NCBI GenBank assembly: GCA_963846575.1
Contig: CAWJWJ010000002.1
Span: 1,632,001-1,696,000, forward strand
Length of the DNA stretch: 64,000 nt
From: an uncultured Nitrospiraceae bacterium
GTDB lineage: Bacteria > Nitrospirota > Nitrospiria > Nitrospirales > Nitrospiraceae
Direction of reading: 5' to 3'
Shown here: positions 20,399 to 29,186 of the stretch, one piece after another
Numbering within the stretch: position 1 is the stretch's first letter
Layout of the letters: each line of letters begins with the position of its first letter
Position numbers and translations under genes: made by a program
The notes under the pieces: model-generated
What the model saw: only the letters and a program-made list of their open reading frames with translations
Told to the model about the DNA's origin: nothing
Databases searched by the model: none

Positions 20399-21592
20399 AT
20401 GACGCTCCATGCTCAGAGTTCCGGACTCAATCCCCGGTGGTGCCTCGCACAAGACACGATCGACCGACAGGACATCGATCGCTTGATCGAATGGCTTCGA
20501 ACCTATCCCCGGCTCACGAAAGGGGCGGTGACCCTGGATTTCGAGCGGCAATGGTCGCAATGGCTGGGGCGTCCCTATTCGGTCAACTGCAATTCCGGTT
20601 CATCGGCCAACCTGCTCATGTATTACACCTTGCTCCGCTCGGGCAACCTGCGCAACACGAAGGTCATCGTGCCCAGCGTGGGATGGGTGACGTCCCTTGC
20701 ACCGGCGATCCAATTCGGTTTTACGCCCATCATGTGCGAGGCGGATCCGGACACTTTCGGGCTCGATCTGAATCATCTCGAAGATCTCTTGAAACGCCAC
20801 GACCCTCAAACCGTCCTCCTGGTCCAGGTGCTCGGCGTGCCCCATCGCATGCATGAATTACAGGCGCTCAAAGATCGTTACGGCTTTTACCTGCTGGAGG
20901 ATGCCTGCGCCGCGATAGGCGCGGAGTATCAGGGGAGGAAAGTCGGAAGCTTCGGTGACATGGCCAGTTTCTCGTTTTATTTCGGCCACCAGATGTCGAC
21001 CATCGAAGGCGGGATGGTGTCGACCAGTGAGAAGCGGTTTGCTGATCTATTGTTGATGTTGCGCAGTCATGGATGGAGCAAGGATCTGGATCCCGACAGT
21101 CACCAGGAGTTGGTGTCCAGCTATCACATCGACGATTTCCACTCGCCTTTCGTGTTTTACGAACCGGGCTTCAACCTCCGTTCGACCGATCTCAATGCCT
21201 TTATCGGCATTGAACAACTGCATAAACTCGACTGGATGACCGGCCGGCGCCAGGCGAACCACGAGCTGTACTTACGGCAGTTGGGCAGCCAGTTCTACAC
21301 GCAGCGTCCTCCTGAGGGCAGTAAAGTATCCAGCATTTCCTTTGGCCTCCTCGCGAAGTCATCCGAACAGCGGCGGCGTATCGTTCGCGCGCTCGTGGCG
21401 GAAGGCATAGAGACGCGAATCTTTTCGGCCGGCAACCTGGGCCTCCATCCCTTCTGGGTCAATCGCTACGGGAAGGCCAGCTTTCCTATCGCCGACCGGG
21501 TGCACCATTGCGGGTTCTTTTTGCCCAACCACGCCTTGATGAACGAGCAGGATGTGCTTCAGATCGCTCGTGTGGTTCTGGAGGCCGCATGA
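20399..21592 (+). CDS. DegT/DnrJ-fold PLP enzyme, ColD-like NDP-4-keto-6-deoxysugar 3-dehydratase
   Basis: NSGSSANLL, LLEDAC, SFYFGHQMSTIEGG (His at the catalytic Lys position), RSHGW. Confidence 0.78.
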   Translation: MTLHAQSSGLNPRWCLAQDTIDRQDIDRLIEWLRTYPRLTKGAVTLDFERQWSQWLGRPYSVNCNSGSSANLLMYYTLLRSGNLRNTKVIVPSVGWVTSLAPAIQFGFTPIMCEADPDTFGLDLNHLEDLLKRHDPQTVLLVQVLGVPHRMHELQALKDRYGFYLLEDACAAIGAEYQGRKVGSFGDMASFSFYFGHQMSTIEGGMVSTSEKRFADLLLMLRSHGWSKDLDPDSHQELVSSYHIDDFHSPFVFYEPGFNLRSTDLNAFIGIEQLHKLDWMTGRRQANHELYLRQLGSQFYTQRPPEGSKVSSISFGLLAKSSEQRRRIVRALVAEGIETRIFSAGNLGLHPFWVNRYGKASFPIADRVHHCGFFLPNHALMNEQDVLQIARVVLEAA

Positions 21593-21728
21593 GCCGGGGG
21601 TCACGAGCTCTTTGCGGGCAACCGCCGACCCGCTCCGGCCTGTCCTCGAGGGATTCAGCTCGCGGGGGCAGCGGCAGCATGGTGACCACCACACCAATGG
21701 ACTCATTCATAGGGGAGCTCGTTAAACC

Positions 21729-22676
21729 ATGACGACAGCCTCGACGCATGTGCTCGTGACCGGTGGAGCCGGCTATATCGGATCCGTACTCAGCAAACAA
21801 TTACTCGACCGCGGGTACCATGTCACGGTCCTCGACAATTTTCTCTATCGCCAGAACAGTCTGATGGATTGCTGCGGCGAGGAAGGATTCCAAGTAGTTC
21901 GCGGGGACTGCCGGGATGAACGGCTGCTGACGGACCTTCTACGTCAGGCCGACATCATCATCCCGCTCGCAGCCCTGGTCGGGGCTCCCCTCTGCGACCG
22001 GGATCGTATCGGAGCCTATACCGTGAACTTCGAAGCGGTGCAGCTGCTCTGCAAGCTGTCCTCCCTGCAGCAACGCATCATTTTCCCGGTCACCAACAGC
22101 GGGTATGGCATCGGAACACCGGGCGTGCCCTGCACAGAAGACTCTCCACTACGTCCCATCAGTCTCTATGGTGAAACCAAGGTCAAAGCAGAGCGGGTCG
22201 TTTTGGATCGGGGCAATGCCATCACCTTACGACTGGCGACGGTCTTCGGAGTGTCGCCGCGGATGCGAATGGACTTACTCGTCAACGATTTTGTCTGGCA
22301 CGCCGTGCAGGATCGCGCGGTGGTGGTATTCGAGGGCCACTGCAAACGCAATTACATCCATCTCCGGGATGTGGTCCGCACATTCATCCACGCGATCGAC
22401 CACTTCGAGCAGATGAAAGACCGGCCCTATAACGTCGGCCTGGACGACGCGAACCTCTCGAAACTGGAGCTATGCCGGGAGATCCAGCGATTGATCCCCC
22501 ACTTCGTCTCTTTTGAAGCCGCCATCGGGGAGGATCCCGATAAGCGGGACTATATCGTGTCTAACCAGCGGTTGCTCGCCATGGGATTCAGGCCGGAATG
22601 GTCGCTCGAGCGCGGGATCCGCGAATTGATCAAATGCTATACGATTATTAAGGCCGGCCAATATGCCAATGTGTAA
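21729..22676 (+). CDS. NAD-dependent NDP-sugar epimerase/reductase (extended SDR)
   Basis: TGGAGYIGS, YGETK (YxxxK), RLATVFG.SPRMRMDLLVN. Confidence 0.88.
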   Translation: MTTASTHVLVTGGAGYIGSVLSKQLLDRGYHVTVLDNFLYRQNSLMDCCGEEGFQVVRGDCRDERLLTDLLRQADIIIPLAALVGAPLCDRDRIGAYTVNFEAVQLLCKLSSLQQRIIFPVTNSGYGIGTPGVPCTEDSPLRPISLYGETKVKAERVVLDRGNAITLRLATVFGVSPRMRMDLLVNDFVWHAVQDRAVVVFEGHCKRNYIHLRDVVRTFIHAIDHFEQMKDRPYNVGLDDANLSKLELCREIQRLIPHFVSFEAAIGEDPDKRDYIVSNQRLLAMGFRPEWSLERGIRELIKCYTIIKAGQYANV

Positions 22677-22706
22677 GTCGATGCCGGGGCAGCGGGGACC
22701 TGCGCG

Positions 22707-23777
22707 ATGATCATCAGCCGCACTCCGTTCCGCATGTCGTTTTTTGGAGGAGGCACCGACTATCCCGTGTGGTTTCGCGAGCATGGGGGAGCCGTACTTG
22801 CGACGACGATCGACAAGTATTGCTACATCAGTTGCCGACGCCTCCCGCCGTTTTTCGAGCATCGCACCAGGATTGCCTATTCACGCATCGAGTTGGTGAA
22901 CGACCATCAGGAGATCGAACATCCCGCCGTCCGCGGCGTGCTCACGTATCTCAATATCAACGACGGGTTGGAGATTCACCACGACGGCGATCTGCCGGCA
23001 CGCACGGGACTGGGATCCAGCTCATCTTTTACGGTGGGCCTGCTCCACACGCTGTACGCGTTGCAGCACGTCATGCCCAGCAAAGCCCAGCTCGCGCAGG
23101 CGGCGATTCACGTTGAACAGGATCTCCTGGGAGAAGCCGTCGGGTGCCAGGACCAGGTCCTCGCGGCACAAGGCAGCCTCTGCCGGGTCAACTTCTTTCA
23201 AAACGGAGACATCGGCCATACGCCGATCGTCATGCATCCGGAACGGCTGCTCTCCTTTCAGAACCATCTTCAACTCTATTTCACCGGCTTTTCCAGGATC
23301 GCATCCGAAGTGGCCAGGGAGCAGATCGATCGTACGAAGCAACGTCAGGCAGAACTCTTCGCCATGTTGCAGATGGTCGAGGAGGGCATCGCCATACTCA
23401 CGGGAGAGCGGGACCTGGCCGAGTTCGGTGCCCTGCTACACGAAGCCTGGATGTTGAAACGGCGTTTGACCTCCCGCATTACCACCCCGGCCATCGATGA
23501 CATCTATACCGCCGCCCGAAACGCCGGCGCGCTCGGCGGCAAGTTGTTAGGGGCGGGAGGCGGGGGCTTCATGTTGCTGTTTGCACGGCCGGAGGATCAT
23601 GCACGGATCCGCATGGCCCTCCCTGGGTTGTTACAGGTGCCGTTCAAATTCGAAGGTCTGGGCAGCCAGATCGTGTTTTATCAGGAAGACCATCTCATGT
23701 TGGATGACGTGTGGGCACAGAGTTCGGTACAAACGGCCGCCCAATTGAAAGCCGGCCTTATCGGAAAGGCAGCCTGA
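22707..23777 (+). CDS. hddA: GHMP kinase, D-glycero-alpha-D-manno-heptose-7-phosphate 1-kinase-like (HddA)
   Basis: MIISRTPFRMSFFGGGTD, PARTGLGSSS, GCQDQ, GGKLLGAGGGG. Confidence 0.82.
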   Translation: MIISRTPFRMSFFGGGTDYPVWFREHGGAVLATTIDKYCYISCRRLPPFFEHRTRIAYSRIELVNDHQEIEHPAVRGVLTYLNINDGLEIHHDGDLPARTGLGSSSSFTVGLLHTLYALQHVMPSKAQLAQAAIHVEQDLLGEAVGCQDQVLAAQGSLCRVNFFQNGDIGHTPIVMHPERLLSFQNHLQLYFTGFSRIASEVAREQIDRTKQRQAELFAMLQMVEEGIAILTGERDLAEFGALLHEAWMLKRRLTSRITTPAIDDIYTAARNAGALGGKLLGAGGGGFMLLFARPEDHARIRMALPGLLQVPFKFEGLGSQIVFYQEDHLMLDDVWAQSSVQTAAQLKAGLIGKAA

Positions 23778-23779
23778 GG

Positions 23780-24541
23780 ATGCGCGCGCTGACCGAATGC
23801 GACGTCATCATCCTGTGCGGCGGTCTGGGGACTCGACTCCAGTCGGTGGTACCGGACCGTCCCAAAGCGATGGCCGAGATCCATGGGCGGCCGTTCGTGT
23901 CCCTGATCGTCGAGCATTTTATTCGTCATGGCGCACGTCGCTTCATCTTCAGTACGGGCCACCGGGGAGAGATGATCGAGGAGTGGTTCGGACGCCATCG
24001 TGGATCCTATGAGGCCCGCTTCGTACGTGATCCTGCCCCGCTCGGTACCGGTGGCGCTCTGGCGCATGCCCTGGCGGTGGTACGAAGCAGTCCGTTCATG
24101 GTCTTGAACGGAGATTCCCTTTGCGAGATCGATCCGGCCCGGTTGTTGCGATTTCATGTCCTCAAGCGGGCCAGGGCTACGATCGCCGTGACGCATCAGA
24201 AGGAACGTCACGACACCGGGGCCGTGTTGCTGGGTGAGGATGATCGAGTGCTCTCGATGATCGAAAAGCCGCCTTCCCGGGTGACGGGGTATGACAATGC
24301 CGGTATCTATGTGTTCGACCGCGCCATCGAGTCGCTCTTTCCTCCAGAGAGCCCGTGGTCGCTGGAGCGGGACCTGCTTCCCAGATTGTCGACGCGAGGA
24401 TTCTACGGCTTCGTGACCGCCAGCACCTTGTACGATATCGGAACCCCCGATCGTCTAGCGCATTTTCGCACGATCTGGCAGGAGCCGCCGGCCTACCTGC
24501 CGGGCCCTCCGCTTCGCCAGAAACAGGGATCACTATCGTGA
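23780..24541 (+). CDS. hddC: Sugar-1-phosphate nucleotidyltransferase, HddC-like (heptose-1-P guanylyltransferase)
   Basis: ILCGGLGTRL...PKAM, PLGTGGAL, LNGDS, SLERD, DIGTP; adjacent to hddA. Confidence 0.78.
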   Translation: MRALTECDVIILCGGLGTRLQSVVPDRPKAMAEIHGRPFVSLIVEHFIRHGARRFIFSTGHRGEMIEEWFGRHRGSYEARFVRDPAPLGTGGALAHALAVVRSSPFMVLNGDSLCEIDPARLLRFHVLKRARATIAVTHQKERHDTGAVLLGEDDRVLSMIEKPPSRVTGYDNAGIYVFDRAIESLFPPESPWSLERDLLPRLSTRGFYGFVTASTLYDIGTPDRLAHFRTIWQEPPAYLPGPPLRQKQGSLS

Positions 24542-25761
24542 TGGGACCTCGATCCACGCCTGCATCGTCCGGTTCTCGTTCAGCTTCGTTCTCCGGACGG
24601 GGAGAACGATTGATCGGCCAGGAAATGTTCCGGGTCATGGATCGGGCGCAGGCGCTGGAACGACAGGGCCGGTACGTCTATCACTTGGAACTCGGCAACC
24701 CGCGCATAGCCCCGCCGCCGGAAATCATCGAGGCCACGGTGCAGGCGCTCGGAGCCAGGCATCTCGGGTATACACCCATGGCCGGGTTGAAGGAGTTGCG
24801 CGCCGCGGTGGCCGCCCGCTATGCGTCGCGGACGGGACAGGCGATGACCGATGCCCATGTCGTCATCAGCCCGGCCAACCTGCTGATCCATCAGTTTCTC
24901 GACATCACCTGCGATCCCGGCGACCCGGTGGTGGTCTTTACCCCCGCCTTTCCCTCCTACCTGGCGGCGGCCAGTCACCTGGGACTGCAGGTGACCGCCG
25001 TGCCGCTGTCCGGGGCAGACGGTTTCCAACTGACCTCCAACCGGGTGGAAGCCGCGTTCGCAGCACACCCGAAGGCGATTATCGTGAACAATGCCAACAA
25101 TCCTACGGGTGCCTTGTATCCGGCGGCCCTGGTGACGGAACTGGCGGAGCGGTGCGAAGGTACGGGCATCTGGCTCCTGAGCGACGAAACCTATGCCGAT
25201 CTGACCTTCGACGGCACATTCACGACGGTGGCATCCGCACAGGCGCGCAACGTCGTGACCATCTCCTCCTTCTCCAAAGTGTTCTCAATCCCTGGCTATC
25301 GAACCGGTTATGCCGTGGCACATGAGGCCGTCACAGCAAAACTGGCGCTCTCCAATTCCACGCTGTATTCGTGCCTCCCGGCCTTCACGCAACTGGGGTG
25401 CCTGGCGGGATTGACGGTCATCGACGCATACGTTGCCGACGTTCGGACGCGCAGCGCCAGGCTAAGCCAGGCCTGCGCCGACCGCGTCAACCGGTCGGGC
25501 ATCTTGCGTTGCCACGTTCCCGAATCAGGGTTTTACCTGTTCATCGACATCTCCCGTACCAATCTCGATGACCTGACCTTCTGCCACCGGCTGCTCGACG
25601 AACACCAGACCGCCGTCACACCGGGCCGCAGTTTCGGCTCGACCTTTGGATCGTTCATTCGTCTGGCCACCTGCGGGCAGGAGGACGACGTCCTGGAAGG
25701 TGTTACACGCACCATCGCTTTTGCCCAGAACCTCGGAGGTTGCCGTGTCCAAGCCGCTTGA
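24541..25761 (+). CDS. Class I/II PLP-dependent aminotransferase
   Basis: NNPTG, LSDETY, SFSKVFSIPGYRTGY. Confidence 0.88.
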   Translation: MGPRSTPASSGSRSASFSGRGERLIGQEMFRVMDRAQALERQGRYVYHLELGNPRIAPPPEIIEATVQALGARHLGYTPMAGLKELRAAVAARYASRTGQAMTDAHVVISPANLLIHQFLDITCDPGDPVVVFTPAFPSYLAAASHLGLQVTAVPLSGADGFQLTSNRVEAAFAAHPKAIIVNNANNPTGALYPAALVTELAERCEGTGIWLLSDETYADLTFDGTFTTVASAQARNVVTISSFSKVFSIPGYRTGYAVAHEAVTAKLALSNSTLYSCLPAFTQLGCLAGLTVIDAYVADVRTRSARLSQACADRVNRSGILRCHVPESGFYLFIDISRTNLDDLTFCHRLLDEHQTAVTPGRSFGSTFGSFIRLATCGQEDDVLEGVTRTIAFAQNLGGCRVQAA

Positions 25762-27253
25762 CGTATTGCTCGTGACCCCTCCCAGTCGCCTCCAGGTTTA
25801 TCAGGAGCTCAGCCGTGATTTCGCCGCGATCGAGCCGCCGGTCTGGTCCGGTCTCATTGCGACATATTTGCGACAACACAGCTGTTCGGTCGCCATCCTT
25901 GACGCGGAGGCGCAGGGCTTCACTCACGAACAGACCGCACAACAGATCGCCGCCATCGCTCCGCGCCTTGCGGTGTTCGTCATTTACGGCCAGCAACCAT
26001 CGGCGTCGACTCAATGCATGCCGGCCGGCAGGAAGGTGTGCGAGATTCTGCATACTCTCTGTGACATTCCCACCCTCGTCATGGGAACGCATCCATCCGC
26101 CCTGCCGGAACGGACCCTGCTCGAAGAACCGTACACCTATGTCTGTCAGGGCGAAGGCCCCGCCACTATTCTCGGCTTGCTGATCGCGCTCCGTGCTCCC
26201 CAGCACTCTCTCCGCGATGTGCCGGGTTTATGGCACATGGACAAGGGGACCGCCGTGGGGAATACGCCGGCGCCGCTCCTGACGAATCTGGACCGGGACC
26301 TCCCGGCTCAGGCGTGGGACCTGCTTGATATGACCCGGTACCGTGCCCACAACTGGCACTGCTTTGGAAATCTGGATGCGCGATCTCCCTATGCGTCATT
26401 GCAGACCAGCCTGGGCTGTCCCTTCACCTGTTCCTTCTGCTGCATCAACGCTCCCTTTTCCACGCCCATGCTCCGGACGTGGAGTCCGGAGAAGGTCATC
26501 GGCCAGATCGACAGGCTGGTACGCGAGTACGGCATCACCAACATCAAGATCCCGGATGAAATGTTCGTCTTGAATCGACGGCATGTGATCGGCATTTGCG
26601 ATCGCATCATCGAACGCGGGTATCGCCTGAACATCTGGGCCTACGCGCGGGTCGACACGGTGCAGGATGAGGTACTGGAAAAATTGGCCCGTGCGGGGTT
26701 CAGCTGGCTCGGACTCGGCATCGAGTCCGGAAGCCAACACGTACGGAACGGAGTGGAAAAGGGCCGGTTCGGCGAACGGGACATCGTCGCGACGGTGGAG
26801 AGGATCCGCTCGCACGGCATTCATGTCGCGGCCAACTATATCTTTGGGTTACCCGACGACGACCTGGAGAGCATGCGTGCGACGCTGGACCTCGCCCTTG
26901 CCCTGAATACGGAATGGGCGAACTTCTACTGTGCGATGGCCTATCCCGGGTCACCCCTCTACGGCCTCGCAAAACAAAAACAATGGCCGTTGCCGGACGA
27001 TGCGGGAGGGCCCGGTTGGATCGGTTATTCGCAGCACGCGTACGAGAGCTGTCCATTGCCCACCGACCGCCTCACGGGGACCTCCGTCCTGTCCTTCAGA
27101 GACCGGGCATTTGGAGAGTATTTCGGCCATCCGCGCTATTCGGACATGTTGAGACGGACCTTCGGCGAGCGCGTCGCCACCCATGTGGCGGACATGTGCC
27201 GCCACCAGGTACGTCGGCGTCATCACGATATGGCAGCCAGGCCGGCTGCCTAA
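25745..27253 (+). CDS. B12-binding radical SAM enzyme (putative class B methyltransferase)
   Basis: N-terminal cobalamin-binding-like Rossmann region; GCPFTCSFC (CxxxCxxC); GIESGS, YIFGLP, YPGSPLY; GTG after GGAGG. Confidence 0.87.
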   Translation: MSKPLDVLLVTPPSRLQVYQELSRDFAAIEPPVWSGLIATYLRQHSCSVAILDAEAQGFTHEQTAQQIAAIAPRLAVFVIYGQQPSASTQCMPAGRKVCEILHTLCDIPTLVMGTHPSALPERTLLEEPYTYVCQGEGPATILGLLIALRAPQHSLRDVPGLWHMDKGTAVGNTPAPLLTNLDRDLPAQAWDLLDMTRYRAHNWHCFGNLDARSPYASLQTSLGCPFTCSFCCINAPFSTPMLRTWSPEKVIGQIDRLVREYGITNIKIPDEMFVLNRRHVIGICDRIIERGYRLNIWAYARVDTVQDEVLEKLARAGFSWLGLGIESGSQHVRNGVEKGRFGERDIVATVERIRSHGIHVAANYIFGLPDDDLESMRATLDLALALNTEWANFYCAMAYPGSPLYGLAKQKQWPLPDDAGGPGWIGYSQHAYESCPLPTDRLTGTSVLSFRDRAFGEYFGHPRYSDMLRRTFGERVATHVADMCRHQVRRRHHDMAARPAA

Positions 27254-27277
27254 CAGCAGGGGAGAAAGGAGTTCTCC

Positions 27278-29116
27278 ATGATCAAGGTCGCGGATTTCAT
27301 CATCAACCACCTGGCGGAACAGGGCATCGACAAGATGTTCGTCGTCTACGGCGCCGCCAACGGTGATTTGATCGATGCGTTCACCCGCACGGGCGCCACC
27401 GAATATGTCGCAGTCATGCATGAGCAAGCCGGCGGCTTCGCGGCGGAAGCCTATGCCAAGGTGAAGGGGGTACCGGGCGTCGCCATCGCGACCAGCGGAC
27501 CGGGCGGCATGAACCTCCTCACGGCGATGGGCAACTGCTTCTACGATTCCGTCCCCTGCGTCTTTCTGACCGGCCAGATCAATTCCCGTTTCCTACGGCC
27601 CGATCCCTCCATCCGGCAAATCGGATTCCAGGAGACCGACATTGTCGCCATGGCGGCCCCGGTCACCAAATACGCCAAAATGATTCTGAAGGCCGAAGAT
27701 ACCCGCTTCGAACTGGAGAAGGCGCTCTGGCTCTGCCGGCAGGGGCGACCAGGCCCGGTCTTACTGGACATCCCCCTCGACGTGCAGAAGACGATGGTCG
27801 ACGCCAAACAACTCACCGGCTTTGCACCGCCGGCTGCAATGAATTTCGATCTGACCGTGGTCGACGAACAGATTGCCCGGTTGCTCAGCGAACTCCAACA
27901 GGCGGAACGGCCGGTCCTTCTCATCGGCGGGGGAGTGCGCCTGGCCGATGCGCAGGACGACGTACGGGAGTTGGGGCGGCGACTGAACGTGCCCTGCTTC
28001 CCGACCTGGAATGCGCTCGACGTCATCACCTCGGATTATGACAAGTACGGCGGCCGGGTCGGCACCTACGGAGGAGCCGGACGAAACTTCGGCATCCAGA
28101 ACAGCGATCTGCTGTTGTCGATCGGGAGCCGTATTTCCGGCCGGATCACCGGCGGAAACGTCATGAGCTTCGCCCGGCAAGCCAAGAAGTATTTAGTCGA
28201 AATCGATCCGGCCATGGTGCAGCGGAAATTTCAGCAAGTGCCCTTCGACGTCAACATCCTCTGTGATGCCAAAGTCTTTACCCGCCGCCTCCTGGCCGCA
28301 CTCGATCGACGGGGCAAGCCGCTGCCGGATTATTCGGCCTGGACGGCGCGGGTGATGGCGTGGAAACAGCAATATGATCCGGTGCGGCCGGAGTTTTTTG
28401 CGCAGACCGCACGTGTGCATCCCTATGCCTTTATGCGACGGTTATCGGAAAAAATGGGCGCCACGGACATTCTCGTGGGAGACTGCGGGGGCAACATCGT
28501 CGTCAGCAACCATGCCTTCGAAACCAAATATGGACAGCGCAACCTGACCAACAACGGTAATTCGCCGATGGGGTTCTCGTTCGCCGGAGCGATGGGCGCC
28601 TGGTTCGCCGATCCTGCGCGCCAGGTCGTCTGCACGATCGGTGACGGAGGATTCAACATGAATCCGCAGGAACTGCAGACCTTCGTCAACTATGGGGTCA
28701 AGGTCAAGACGTTCATCCTGAACAACCACATCTACGGCATCACCAAGGCCTACCAGGAAACCAACTTCCAGGGACGCGCCGAAGCTTGCGGGCCCAAAGG
28801 GTACCATCCGCCTGACTTTTTGAAGCTCGCGCAGGCCTACGGAATCAAGACCGTCGCCATCGGCAGCCACGCAAACATGGATGCCAAGATCGAGGAGGTG
28901 CTTCGTTTCGACGGGCCGGTGGTGTGCGACGTGGACATGCACGAATTCCATACCTACGAACCCAGGATCTTCGGGTGGAAAACCCCCATCGAGGATATGT
29001 ACCCCTATCTGCCTCGTGAGGAATTCCGGGCCAACATGGTCATCGAACCGTCCGAGGGATGGATGAACCCCGAATATCCGGACGTCGTACGCCGGGATAA
29101 TCAATCACAGCCCTGA
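27278..29116 (+). CDS. ThDP-dependent acetolactate-synthase-like enzyme (YerE-like sugar C-branching candidate)
   Basis: HEQAGGFAAE, TSGPG, FQE, GRPGPV, GDGG...NN; no ilvH/ilvC adjacent; embedded among NDP-sugar genes. Confidence 0.85.
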   Translation: MIKVADFIINHLAEQGIDKMFVVYGAANGDLIDAFTRTGATEYVAVMHEQAGGFAAEAYAKVKGVPGVAIATSGPGGMNLLTAMGNCFYDSVPCVFLTGQINSRFLRPDPSIRQIGFQETDIVAMAAPVTKYAKMILKAEDTRFELEKALWLCRQGRPGPVLLDIPLDVQKTMVDAKQLTGFAPPAAMNFDLTVVDEQIARLLSELQQAERPVLLIGGGVRLADAQDDVRELGRRLNVPCFPTWNALDVITSDYDKYGGRVGTYGGAGRNFGIQNSDLLLSIGSRISGRITGGNVMSFARQAKKYLVEIDPAMVQRKFQQVPFDVNILCDAKVFTRRLLAALDRRGKPLPDYSAWTARVMAWKQQYDPVRPEFFAQTARVHPYAFMRRLSEKMGATDILVGDCGGNIVVSNHAFETKYGQRNLTNNGNSPMGFSFAGAMGAWFADPARQVVCTIGDGGFNMNPQELQTFVNYGVKVKTFILNNHIYGITKAYQETNFQGRAEACGPKGYHPPDFLKLAQAYGIKTVAIGSHANMDAKIEEVLRFDGPVVCDVDMHEFHTYEPRIFGWKTPIEDMYPYLPREEFRANMVIEPSEGWMNPEYPDVVRRDNQSQP

Positions 29117-29186
29117 CCCGTTATCCCCGGCAATGCATCATCTGCCGGACCGTGGCCGAAGAATCGTTTTCCAAGCGAGGTGATAC

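Noticed and set aside
27278..29116. Housekeeping ilvB call
   Set aside because: No ilvH/ilvC/leu context; embedded among NDP-sugar genes
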